Positions 36,948 through 45,397 of a DNA stretch of 64,000 bases are shown piece after piece; position 1 is the stretch's first letter, and each line of letters opens with the position of its first letter. The DNA comes from an uncultured Bacillota bacterium. GTDB lineage: Bacteria; Bacillota_I; Bacilli_A; RF39; UBA660. Location of the stretch: assembly GCA_905205665.1 (NCBI GenBank), contig CAJLEF010000001.1, positions 15,120 through 79,119 on the forward strand, in the 5' to 3' direction. Position numbers and translations under genes: made by a program. The notes beneath the pieces were generated by a model. It worked only from the letters and a program-made list of their open reading frames with translations, searched no databases and was not told the origin of the DNA.

Positions 36948-37261
36948 GAGTATGAACTAGTACTTTTGAAATAAAGGTACTAGTTTTTTATATGTCGAGA
37001 TACTTAGTAAAGCGTTCTTTATAAATCTCAGAAAGCTGAATTTCAATTTTATTCCAGTTGGGAATAGGTTTTTTCCATTTGTCTTCTAATTCCTCTATTC
37101 TTAAAAATAATATTTTGTAAATGGATACTATTAGTAACTTTTCTAAGTACTGAATTTACAGATTCTATGGCATTAGATGTATATATCGCTTTTCTTATTT
37201 CATTCAAATAATGGTTCTAAATATTTTGGAGGTGTATCATATAACCACTCTTGACAAGGTA
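36948..37261 (-). pseudogene. Internally deleted remnant of a second IS256-family copy
   Basis: 36956-37228 align, with substitutions and two deletions, to the hairpin plus the last ~95 codons of the intact transposase (34826-35125). It ends in CCACTCTTGACAAGGT (37245-37260), the exact reverse complement of the outer 16 nt of the left IR. Confidence 0.7.
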
Positions 37262-37314
37262 ATAAGCTTCTTTTTTGTTTGTTATAAATTCCATGTAAAT
37301 TTATTGGCAATGAA

Positions 37315-37343
37315 TTGTTATTAAAAAAAATCTTTGATATAAT
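37315..37343 (+). promoter_or_regulatory. Sigma-A-type promoter for the pilus operon
   Basis: TTGTTA, 17 nt, TATAAT, with TG at the extended -10 position (TGaTATAAT). It lies ~30 nt upstream of the flp start and its GAGGGAG RBS. Confidence 0.5.
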
Positions 37344-37369
37344 AATTCTATACTAGAGGGAGTGATAGT

Positions 37370-37600
37370 ATGGATTCTAAAGGACAAGCTCTTGTGGAGT
37401 ATGTTTTAATCGTGGCTATTATTAGTGTTATTACAGTAAGTATTGTTTCTTATTTTGGTGGGTATTTAAAGGATACGATTGTAAAAACCTCGTGTGAATT
37501 AGTTGACAACGTTTACGTAGAAGGGGATAAACCAGGTAATGCTGAATGCTTAACTAAAGAAGAGTACAAAATCAAACAAGAAAAAGAAGGCCAAAAATGA
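37370..37600 (+). CDS. flp: Flp-family type IVb prepilin
   Basis: Very short leader MDSKG, then QALVEYVLIVAIISVITV. This is the G/xxxxEY Flp processing motif followed by a hydrophobic helix. 76 aa. Confidence 0.7.
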   Translation: MDSKGQALVEYVLIVAIISVITVSIVSYFGGYLKDTIVKTSCELVDNVYVEGDKPGNAECLTKEEYKIKQEKEGQK

Positions 37601-37947
37601 GAAATAAAAAAGGTCAAGCCCTTGTTGAGTTTGTCATTATTTTACCAATTTTTATTTTTATGTTATTAGCTATTATTGATGTCGGCAAAATTATATTTAT
37701 TCAAAATCGTTTAGAAAATAAAATGTCTAATGTTTTAGATTTATATCGTAACCAAAAAAGTTATGATGAAATTTTAACGACGTTATCAGGGGACGATAAT
37801 ACGATTCAGTTAGAAATCAAAAACGAAGAAAATAAAAATGTTACTTTCACCTTAAAAAAAGAAGTTAATATTGTCACACCAGGTCTATCATTAATCTTCA
37901 AAAATCCTTACGATGTCACCGTAAGTGAGGTTATCAGTTATGAATAA
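37597..37947 (+). CDS. TadE-like pseudopilin
   Basis: MRNKKG/QALVEFVIILPIFIFMLLAIIDVG matches the TadE-type N-terminus (E at +5, LP.. hydrophobic helix). Its start overlaps the flp stop. Confidence 0.68.
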   Translation: MRNKKGQALVEFVIILPIFIFMLLAIIDVGKIIFIQNRLENKMSNVLDLYRNQKSYDEILTTLSGDDNTIQLEIKNEENKNVTFTLKKEVNIVTPGLSLIFKNPYDVTVSEVISYE

Positions 37948-38308
37948 TAAAGGACAAACACTTATTATCTTTGTTATTTTAGTGCCAATTATCATTACCA
38001 TGATGGCTCTTGTTGTCGATGTAGGAATGTTAGAAAATAAAGTTTTAAAGACTAAAAATATAGTGGATGTAGCTATCAAAGAATATTTTAATAAAGAGGA
38101 TGTTACAGTCATATCTAAAACACTAGAAGAAAATGATATTTCCACCGATAAACTTATTATTAAAAGAACCGATAATGAAGTAGGCGTTAATGTAGAATAT
38201 GAAATGAGTTCTTTATTTGGTAAAATTGTTGGCTTACAAAAGTATGATGTGAAAGTAAAACGTAAAGGAATTAAAGAGAACGAAAAAATTAAAATTACAG
38301 AAGAATAG
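37940..38308 (+). CDS. TadE/TadF/TadG-like pseudopilin lacking Glu+5
   Basis: ATG 37940 after AGTGAGG. MNNKG/QTLIIFVILVPIIITMMALVVDVG has the same leader style as its neighbours, but Ile replaces Glu at +5. Confidence 0.55.
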   Translation: MNNKGQTLIIFVILVPIIITMMALVVDVGMLENKVLKTKNIVDVAIKEYFNKEDVTVISKTLEENDISTDKLIIKRTDNEVGVNVEYEMSSLFGKIVGLQKYDVKVKRKGIKENEKIKITEE

Positions 38309-38309
38309 G

Positions 38310-39092
38310 ATGGGGAATATGAAAAAGAAAATAGGAAAAAGTTTATGTTTGTTTTCAGGTAAAGGTGGTGTTGGAAAAACTATTTTAACACTCAATCTTG
38401 CCGCGATTTATTCACAAATAAATAAACATGTTTTAATTGTTGATTTGGATTTATCTAGTGGTGGTATTGCTCTTGCTACTAATAAAGTCTTTGATAAAAC
38501 CATTTATAATTTCGTAGATGATTACAACAATAACCGTTTTAAAGATTTTAATGACTATGTTGTGAAATATAATGAAAATATTGATATTATGCCAAGTCCT
38601 AAAGATCCAAGACAAGCTTCTAAGATAGATTCTAAATATATTGAAATTCTTTTAGATAAAGCAATGTTCCATTATGATATGGTTTTAATTGATACTAATC
38701 ATAATTTGAATGAATTAAATTTAGTTGTTTTAGATGCCGCCGACAATATTTTATTTGTCATAGAAAATGACCCCATGGATTTAAAAAATATGAAGAGTCT
38801 ACTTTCTATTTTTAAAGACTTAGATAAAACCAATTATAAAATTTTACTAAATAATAGCCGCGATCCTTTTAAAAAATATTTTACTCTTTATGATATGAAA
38901 ACCATTATTAAAAATAATATTGACTATGAAATTTCCTCCGAGTTCTTTTTAAAAAATATGGATTCCTATGTTATGAATGGAGAAATTCCAATGCTACAGC
39001 CAAAAGCGCCTAATATTTTTAATAAGGATTATACGACTATGATGAATTTGGCAGTCAGTTTTTTAGGAGGGGATAATAATGAGCAAAACTAG
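38310..39092 (+). CDS. TadZ/CpaE-like ParA/MinD-family ATPase
   Basis: Deviant Walker A SGKGGVGKT. About 260 aa, positioned directly upstream of the CpaF-type ATPase. Confidence 0.7.
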   Translation: MGNMKKKIGKSLCLFSGKGGVGKTILTLNLAAIYSQINKHVLIVDLDLSSGGIALATNKVFDKTIYNFVDDYNNNRFKDFNDYVVKYNENIDIMPSPKDPRQASKIDSKYIEILLDKAMFHYDMVLIDTNHNLNELNLVVLDAADNILFVIENDPMDLKNMKSLLSIFKDLDKTNYKILLNNSRDPFKKYFTLYDMKTIIKNNIDYEISSEFFLKNMDSYVMNGEIPMLQPKAPNIFNKDYTTMMNLAVSFLGGDNNEQN

Positions 39093-40413
39093 TTTAATTG
39101 AAGCTTTTAATATTGAAAGAAAAAAACCAAAGTTTAATGATGTCAGTGATTATGAAGTCTTTCCTGATAAAAAATTATTAGATGAATTAAGAGTTAAAAT
39201 TGTTGAAAATTTAATTGACCAAGAAATACCAGAAGATAAACTTTTACAACAATTTATTAATGATGAAATTGATAAATCGATTGAAGGATATGATTTAACC
39301 AATTTAGAAAGAAGTCATTTATATAACTTAATTGATAATGAAATTAATGGTTATGGACCTTTAACTGAACTTTTAGAAGATAAAAATATTACCGAGATAA
39401 TGGTCAATAGTCCTAAAGAAATATATATTGAAATTGATGGGCAACTTATTAAAGATGAAAGTGTCTCATTTATTAATGATGAACATATTATAAGAACCAT
39501 TGAAAGAATGATAGGACCTATGGGTAGAACGATTGATGCGACAAATCCAATGGTTGACTCAAGACTTAAAGATGGTTCTCGTATTAATGCTGTTATTCCG
39601 CCTTTATCTACGAAAGGACCTGTTATTACCATTCGTAAATTTAAAAAAGAAATGACAAGTGCCGATGACATGATAAGAATAGGGTCGATGACACCTTATA
39701 TGGCAACATTTTTAGAAGCTGCCGTCAAGGGAAAATGTAATATCATTATTTGTGGTGGTACGGGTTCAGGTAAAACAACTCTTTTAAATATTTTAAGTAG
39801 TTTTATTCCTGATAATGAACGTATTATTACTATTGAAGATGCGGCTGAGTTAAAACTGGAAAAAGAACATGTCATTTCTTTAGAAACAAGAGTAACTAAC
39901 TATGATAATGAAGGGGAAATTACCATTCGTGACTTAGTTATCAATGCTCTTCGTATGCGACCTGATCGTATCATTGTTGGGGAAGTTCGTGGTAAAGAGG
40001 CTTTTGATATGCTTCAAGCTATGAATACAGGACATGAAGGTTCTTTAACAACTCTTCATGCAAACGGTGCTAAAGATGCTTTAAACCGTTTAGAAACTAT
40101 GGTTTTAATGAGCGGTCTTGATATTCCTATTAAAGCTATCAGAGAGTATATTGTCAGTGCCATAGACCTTGTTGTTAATATCGAAAGAATGAATGATGGT
40201 AAAAGAAAAGTAACGTCTATATGTGAACTAGAAAGTTTTCATGATGGCGATATTAACTTAAAAGAAATCTTTGCTTTCCATCAAAAAGGCTTAACTGACA
40301 ATGGGGAAGTAGATGGCGAATATATTCTTTATGATAAAGAAGTGCCAAAAGTTTATAAAAAAATTGCTTCAAGGGGTATTACCGAAATTGACGAAATGTT
40401 TCATATAAAATAG
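39079..40413 (+). CDS. tadA: Tad secretion ATPase TadA/CpaF
   Basis: Walker [13 protein letters not shown], Asp box ITIEDAAEL, Walker [11 protein letters not shown], His box [13 protein letters not shown]. Confidence 0.9.
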   Translation: MSKTSLIEAFNIERKKPKFNDVSDYEVFPDKKLLDELRVKIVENLIDQEIPEDKLLQQFINDEIDKSIEGYDLTNLERSHLYNLIDNEINGYGPLTELLEDKNITEIMVNSPKEIYIEIDGQLIKDESVSFINDEHIIRTIERMIGPMGRTIDATNPMVDSRLKDGSRINAVIPPLSTKGPVITIRKFKKEMTSADDMIRIGSMTPYMATFLEAAVKGKCNIIICGGTGSGKTTLLNILSSFIPDNERIITIEDAAELKLEKEHVISLETRVTNYDNEGEITIRDLVINALRMRPDRIIVGEVRGKEAFDMLQAMNTGHEGSLTTLHANGAKDALNRLETMVLMSGLDIPIKAIREYIVSAIDLVVNIERMNDGKRKVTSICELESFHDGDINLKEIFAFHQKGLTDNGEVDGEYILYDKEVPKVYKKIASRGITEIDEMFHIK

Positions 40414-40428
40414 GAAAGGAGGTATGTT

Positions 40429-41433
40429 ATGGAGTACTCATTACAAATTGTTATTACGCAAGGAATTATGATTATCATTTTACTTTTACTCATCATTTAT
40501 TTATTACACCAAAAAAGGGCTATCAAACTCCAAAAAAGATTTGATGCTTTTACCTTAAAAAGTGTTGTCGATGAAGAAAAAAGTATTTTTGATTATATTA
40601 TGAATTTTCTTTATAAAGTAATGAAAAAAGTAACCAATCTTTTAAGTCATTCGGAGGTTTTAAAAAAACATAGCCTTCGTTATGACAAATTTATTAAATA
40701 TGAAAATAAAGATAAAGTCTCTTCTATGGATTATATGACGGTGAAGTTTTTTACCGGGATCTTACTAGTTATTTTAAGTTTTGTTTCATCTATGTTTCAA
40801 CTTACTTCGTTATCATTACCTTTTATGTTTTTAGTATTTATCTTAGGCTTTTATATTCCTGACGTTTTCCTTTATATTGGTTTTCAAAAGAAAAGAAAGA
40901 AAATAGAAGAAGATTTATTAAAAGCAATCATTATTATGAATAACAGTTTTAAATCAGGACGCAATATAATGCAGGCTGTAGTAATTGTAAGAGATGAGTT
41001 AGAAGGCCCTATTAGTGATGAATTTAAAAAGATATATATGGATATGACTTATGGCTTATCTATTGAAGTAGTCTTTGACCGTTTTTATAATCGTGTCAAA
41101 TTAGATGATGCCAAATATATTGCTAGTTCTTTAACACTTTTAAACAAAACCGGTGGTAATATTGTCAAAGTCTTTGGAACGATTGAAAAATCTTTCTTTA
41201 GTAAAAAGAAACTTAAACAAGAAATGCAAAGTTTAACGAGTGCTTCTATCTTTGTTTATCGTACGCTTTGTGTTATGCCTTTTTTGTTTATTTTAGCTAT
41301 TTACATTTTAAATCCGACTTATTTTACCCCAATGTTTGAAACTACTTTAGGACGTATTTTACTTTTTGTCACCGTTTTATTTTATAGTTTATATATCTTT
41401 ATTATTAAACGTGTCATGGAGGTGAAGATGTAA
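40429..41433 (+). CDS. TadB-like platform protein (T2SS F domain)
   Basis: N-terminal TM, a cytoplasmic helical T2SSF-like domain (LLKAIIIMNNSFKSGRNIMQAV), and C-terminal TM helices. Confidence 0.72.
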   Translation: MEYSLQIVITQGIMIIILLLLIIYLLHQKRAIKLQKRFDAFTLKSVVDEEKSIFDYIMNFLYKVMKKVTNLLSHSEVLKKHSLRYDKFIKYENKDKVSSMDYMTVKFFTGILLVILSFVSSMFQLTSLSLPFMFLVFILGFYIPDVFLYIGFQKKRKKIEEDLLKAIIIMNNSFKSGRNIMQAVVIVRDELEGPISDEFKKIYMDMTYGLSIEVVFDRFYNRVKLDDAKYIASSLTLLNKTGGNIVKVFGTIEKSFFSKKKLKQEMQSLTSASIFVYRTLCVMPFLFILAIYILNPTYFTPMFETTLGRILLFVTVLFYSLYIFIIKRVMEVKM

Positions 41434-42137
41434 TGAAAAAAAATAGTATTGTAAAAAAAATATACTTAGATAGTACCATTAAAAAAATAACCAAAAAGGT
41501 AAAACTTTTAGGTATTAATTGTAAATATGACCCCATTGATTTATTAAATACACGTTTAATGTTAAGCCTTATTTTATTTGTGGTTATCTTAATTTTCTTT
41601 AAAAATGGCTTTTTTGTAGCCCCAATCTCAGTTGTTATTTTCCATTTTTTAAGTGAATATTTTATTCTCGATTTACCTATAAAAAAAAGAGAAGAAAAAC
41701 TAGAAGAAGAAGCTATTTTCTTTTTCGAAGTTCTTGCCTTAACCCTCGAAAGTGGTCGTAACTTAACATCTTCTTTAACTATTACAAGTAAGAATGTTGA
41801 TAGTGAGTTATCAAAAGAATTTCAAAAGTCTTTAAGTGAAATGCGCCTAGGTAAAAGTTTTCCCGAAGCTATGACTAGCATGAAAGAAAGAATACCAAGT
41901 GATGCGATTAATAATGCTATTTTAAATATTGTTCAAGCTAGTGTTTTTGGTAATAGTATTGAAGAATCTTTAAATAACCAACTTGATTTTTTAAGAGATA
42001 AAAGAATTTTGGAAATCAAAGGACGTATTGGTAAACTTCCCACTAAAATAAGTATCATTTCCGTATTATTTTTCATTCCTATTATCTTACTCGTTATTTT
42101 ATCACCTGTTCTAATTGAATTTTTGGGAGGTGTCTAA
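41433..42137 (+). CDS. TadC-like platform protein (T2SS F domain)
   Basis: Its start overlaps the tadB stop (ATGTAATG). Same TM-helical-TM layout (FFEVLALTLESGRNLTSSL). Confidence 0.68.
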   Translation: MKKNSIVKKIYLDSTIKKITKKVKLLGINCKYDPIDLLNTRLMLSLILFVVILIFFKNGFFVAPISVVIFHFLSEYFILDLPIKKREEKLEEEAIFFFEVLALTLESGRNLTSSLTITSKNVDSELSKEFQKSLSEMRLGKSFPEAMTSMKERIPSDAINNAILNIVQASVFGNSIEESLNNQLDFLRDKRILEIKGRIGKLPTKISIISVLFFIPIILLVILSPVLIEFLGGV

Positions 42138-42140
42138 ATA

Positions 42141-42743
42141 ATGTTAAATAAAAAAGGCATGACACTTTTGGAAATTGTTATCAGCATTGCCCTTATTTCA
42201 GTCGTCATGTTATTTTTATTTAGTCTTTTAAATGATATTCAATATGAATCTAAACACACATCTTACGCAAAAGATTTTCTAGTTAGTAGAGCAACAATTA
42301 TTAAAGATGTCGAAGAAGATATTTTGAATAATAACATTACGAATGTTATGCAAGTGAATGTGGATGCAAATAAAACCACTTTAAATTTTTTTGTAGGTAG
42401 TGACCCTTCTAACATGAACCTGGAGGTTGAAAGTAAGAAAATAACTTATAAAAATGCCGCAGGTGAAAAAGAAAGCTATTCTTTAAGTAAAGATAATGAT
42501 GAAGAAGTGTTTGATTTTGCTAACATTAAAATTAATTCTTATGCCGGAAGTAAAATTTATAAACCAGTTGATACTGATGGTGATGGCATTTGTAATTTTA
42601 ATTGTGATGATAATAGTCCTAAAAATGATGATTATGCTGTTGAACCTGATTTTAAATATTATCATATTATCATTCCGGTTTTAACCGGGGCTAGTGATAA
42701 TGCCATTGATGATTTAGAATTTTTCTTTTTAGTTAAAAAGTAA
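42141..42743 (+). CDS. Prepilin-type N-terminal cleavage/methylation-domain protein
   Basis: MLNKKG/MTLLEIVISIALISVVMLFLF is a class III signal peptide with Glu+5, type IVa/Com-pseudopilin style. The C-terminal part has the Asp-rich DTDGDGICNFNCDDNSPKNDDY. Confidence 0.65.
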   Translation: MLNKKGMTLLEIVISIALISVVMLFLFSLLNDIQYESKHTSYAKDFLVSRATIIKDVEEDILNNNITNVMQVNVDANKTTLNFFVGSDPSNMNLEVESKKITYKNAAGEKESYSLSKDNDEEVFDFANIKINSYAGSKIYKPVDTDGDGICNFNCDDNSPKNDDYAVEPDFKYYHIIIPVLTGASDNAIDDLEFFFLVKK

Positions 42744-42754
42744 GGAGGTAAGTC

Positions 42755-43306
42755 ATGAAAAAAAACGGTTTTGTCTTTATTGAAACTATTGTTGTAACAG
42801 GCTTTTTAATTACTTCTTTAATGATTTTATATACATTATTTGTCGCCACAAATAATAGAGAAACAAGAAAATTAAGATATGATGATCCTCCCAAAATTTA
42901 TGAGACGTATTATTTATATCGTTATTTAGAAAGTTTTAAATTAAGTGATTTAGTAGATAATTTAAAGGAAGGAAAAAGTAATTATGAGACTATTTATCGA
43001 AGTCGTGCTAATCTTTTTCCAGATTATCAAAAAGAAAGTGCATTTTTTGAAAACATGTGGGCTGAACTTCATGTCGAGGCTATTTACTTAATTCCTTCAA
43101 AAGTTTCTGAAATAATAACTTGTCCAAAGGGAAAATATACGACAATTTGTTCCGACAGGAATTTAATGAGTTATTTAAATACTTTAGATGATGATGAGAA
43201 TAATATTTTTTATTTTGTGGTGGAGTATAAGCACAAAAAAGATGGTACAACATGTGAACAAAAAGATTGCTTTTATTATTTTTCTCATTACAAAATAACG
43301 ACTTAA
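42755..43306 (+). CDS. Prepilin-like protein
   Basis: MKKNG/FVFIETIVVTGFLITSLMILY has Gly-1 and Glu+5, then a hydrophobic helix. There are four Cys in the C-terminal half. Confidence 0.5.
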   Translation: MKKNGFVFIETIVVTGFLITSLMILYTLFVATNNRETRKLRYDDPPKIYETYYLYRYLESFKLSDLVDNLKEGKSNYETIYRSRANLFPDYQKESAFFENMWAELHVEAIYLIPSKVSEIITCPKGKYTTICSDRNLMSYLNTLDDDENNIFYFVVEYKHKKDGTTCEQKDCFYYFSHYKITT

Positions 43307-43314
43307 TGAGTACT

Positions 43315-44328
43315 TTAGTTTTTCTTTTTACTATAAATGAATAATAGTAGTAAGCTAATCAGTTCAAATATACCTAATAGTATTGGTAAAATCTCATATA
43401 AAACTAATTCTTTGGGATAATAAATACCACAAAGTAATGTAACAAGATAAAGAAGAAAAAGTAAAATTGGGAAAGTAATTTTTAAACATTTTTTTGGTAA
43501 GCATTCCTTTAAATTATTGCCAGCAATAGATAACGTCATAAATAAATCAAACAACCACGCAACTGAAATAATATTTTCTACTTTTTCAATAAAATTAAAC
43601 AATTTAATTTTCTTTAAAGTCATATATTCAGGATAACGATAAATTTTAATAAGATTTGGCCCTAAAACACCGATGATAAAAAGAGACATAATAATGACTG
43701 TTAAAGATGAAAACAAATATTTTAAAACGTATTTGTTTTTTTTTGCTTCCATATTAAGTAAAAGTAAAAAAGGGGCTGTACTATAAAAAGTATAATACAA
43801 AGTACCTTTAAGTAAAGAAGGAGTATTCGTTGTTAAAACAGGTAAAAAAGATTCTACTTTAAAATATTTTATTAAGCCAAGACCTGCAAAAATAAATAAA
43901 ATGAAAGAAATAGGCATTAAAATTTCGCCAACTTTAGCAATCGTAGTTAACCCTTTTTTACAAGCTCGAAAGACCAAAAAAGGAATGGGAAATGAAATAA
44001 AATATATAGGCGATTTAAGTAAGAAAAAAGAATCAGCAAACGTTTGGAAAATAAAGGCTATTTGAGTATAAATTAAAATATTAAAAAGAAAAAAGATAAC
44101 TAAAAGTATACATTTCCAAAGACTATTATCTTTTTTTAGGGGAATAAGATTAATCTTTTCTTTGAGTTTCCCATAAAGATAGATAATACCAGTACCGAAG
44201 ATAGTTCCTAAAATAGCGCATATATAAGTATCTTTACCTGTTAGTTTTAAAAGATAAGAAAAGCCAAAACCCAAGAAAAAAACCCGCCCTAAAAAGTAAG
44301 ATAAAACAAATATTTTACGTTCATTCAT
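43315..44328 (-). CDS. Spore germination protein, GerAB-type permease subunit
   Basis: About 10 TM helices, ~340 aa, last gene of a gerA-type operon. Confidence 0.72.
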   Translation of the reverse strand: MNERKIFVLSYFLGRVFFLGFGFSYLLKLTGKDTYICAILGTIFGTGIIYLYGKLKEKINLIPLKKDNSLWKCILLVIFFLFNILIYTQIAFIFQTFADSFFLLKSPIYFISFPIPFLVFRACKKGLTTIAKVGEILMPISFILFIFAGLGLIKYFKVESFLPVLTTNTPSLLKGTLYYTFYSTAPFLLLLNMEAKKNKYVLKYLFSSLTVIIMSLFIIGVLGPNLIKIYRYPEYMTLKKIKLFNFIEKVENIISVAWLFDLFMTLSIAGNNLKECLPKKCLKITFPILLFLLYLVTLLCGIYYPKELVLYEILPILLGIFELISLLLLFIYSKKKN

Positions 44329-45397
44329 TTGGATTCACCTCAAAAATTAACCCATTTTTATTGATATCTAAATCGATATTAACTAACGTATCTTTTAAAT
44401 ACCAATTTGTTAATTCTTTCCTTTCTTTTTGATAATAAATATTTTGAAATTCTAACACATCACTTTGGAGGTTTTGAATTTTTTTAATTAAATGATCTAT
44501 TTCCTTTTTGATTTCTTCACTAAAAGAATGGCTCAACTCTTCATAACTAGAAGAAGTACGAAAATCTATTTCACAATTATCTTCAATAACACTTCCTTTT
44601 AAAGAAGAATTGATAATAATATTATCTTCTTTTACTTTTATATCTGTATCGCGATTATGATATAAATCAATGGTAATAGTTTTATCTTCTTTAAAAGGAC
44701 AGGCCATTTTAATAAATGTATTATCACTTGTATTTTTAAGCAAATTAAATAAAGAAGTTTCTTGTTCATTTAATTGTCCAACCATTTGATAATCCTTAAA
44801 TAAGGCCATTCCGGAAAGAGCAAAAGTTGTTGTTTCATCTTTTTTTATTGTATTTAAATAAGCATCTTTTTTAGGGTCAACAAAGTTATTCATCAAAGTT
44901 TCAAAATCCATACTAATTGCTATTTTAGGAGTAGAACGATTATTAGTAAGGGCTTTTTCTAGAGCCACAGATGTCACTGGAGATGCTTCATTATTATTTT
45001 CAAGTATTACAGATGCTTTTCCGTCTAAAACAATAAGGGGGTAAAATATTTTGCGAATATTAGGTTCCCTTAAAATGTAGTCAGTTACATCTTGCATATA
45101 GTTTTTAGCGATTTCTTCACTAAATAAAATCACTTTAACATGGGCAAAATAGCCTTCTTTATGAATTTTTAAACTAGCATTGGCGAAGGCTTCAGAAATT
45201 GTTTTACCAGTTGCTTTTACATAAGATGCTTTTTCATCGTTTTCTTTTTGACATTCCAAAACTTCAAAAGTAACCTCATAATCATCTTCATAATCAATGG
45301 CAATCCCTGAAATAATGGCTAAATCATTTAATTCTTGATAGTCATAACAACCTCCTAAAAAAAGAGGAATAAGAAGAATAAAAAGTAATTTTTTCAT
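44321..45397 (-). CDS. Ger(x)C-family germinant receptor lipoprotein
   Basis: Lipobox LFLGGC at residues 12-17 and a soluble ~340-aa body. It sits between the A and B subunits. Confidence 0.75.
   Translation of the reverse strand: MKKLLFILLIPLFLGGCYDYQELNDLAIISGIAIDYEDDYEVTFEVLECQKENDEKASYVKATGKTISEAFANASLKIHKEGYFAHVKVILFSEEIAKNYMQDVTDYILREPNIRKIFYPLIVLDGKASVILENNNEASPVTSVALEKALTNNRSTPKIAISMDFETLMNNFVDPKKDAYLNTIKKDETTTFALSGMALFKDYQMVGQLNEQETSLFNLLKNTSDNTFIKMACPFKEDKTITIDLYHNRDTDIKVKEDNIIINSSLKGSVIEDNCEIDFRTSSSYEELSHSFSEEIKKEIDHLIKKIQNLQSDVLEFQNIYYQKERKELTNWYLKDTLVNIDLDINKNGLIFEVNPNE

Noticed and set aside
34706-37268. A possible 8-bp target-site duplication flanking the outer IS structure (TATCAAGC on the left, AATAAGCT on the right).
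   Set aside because: The two octamers align only with a gap and a shift. That is not convincing enough to call a TSD. The inner element also lacks matching flanks.
42483-42684. Two overlapping 60-62-aa ORFs (one per strand) inside the pilin-like gene.
   Set aside because: They are by-products of the extremely AT-rich, Asp/Asn-coding stretch. The main frame carries the prepilin leader and continues through the region.
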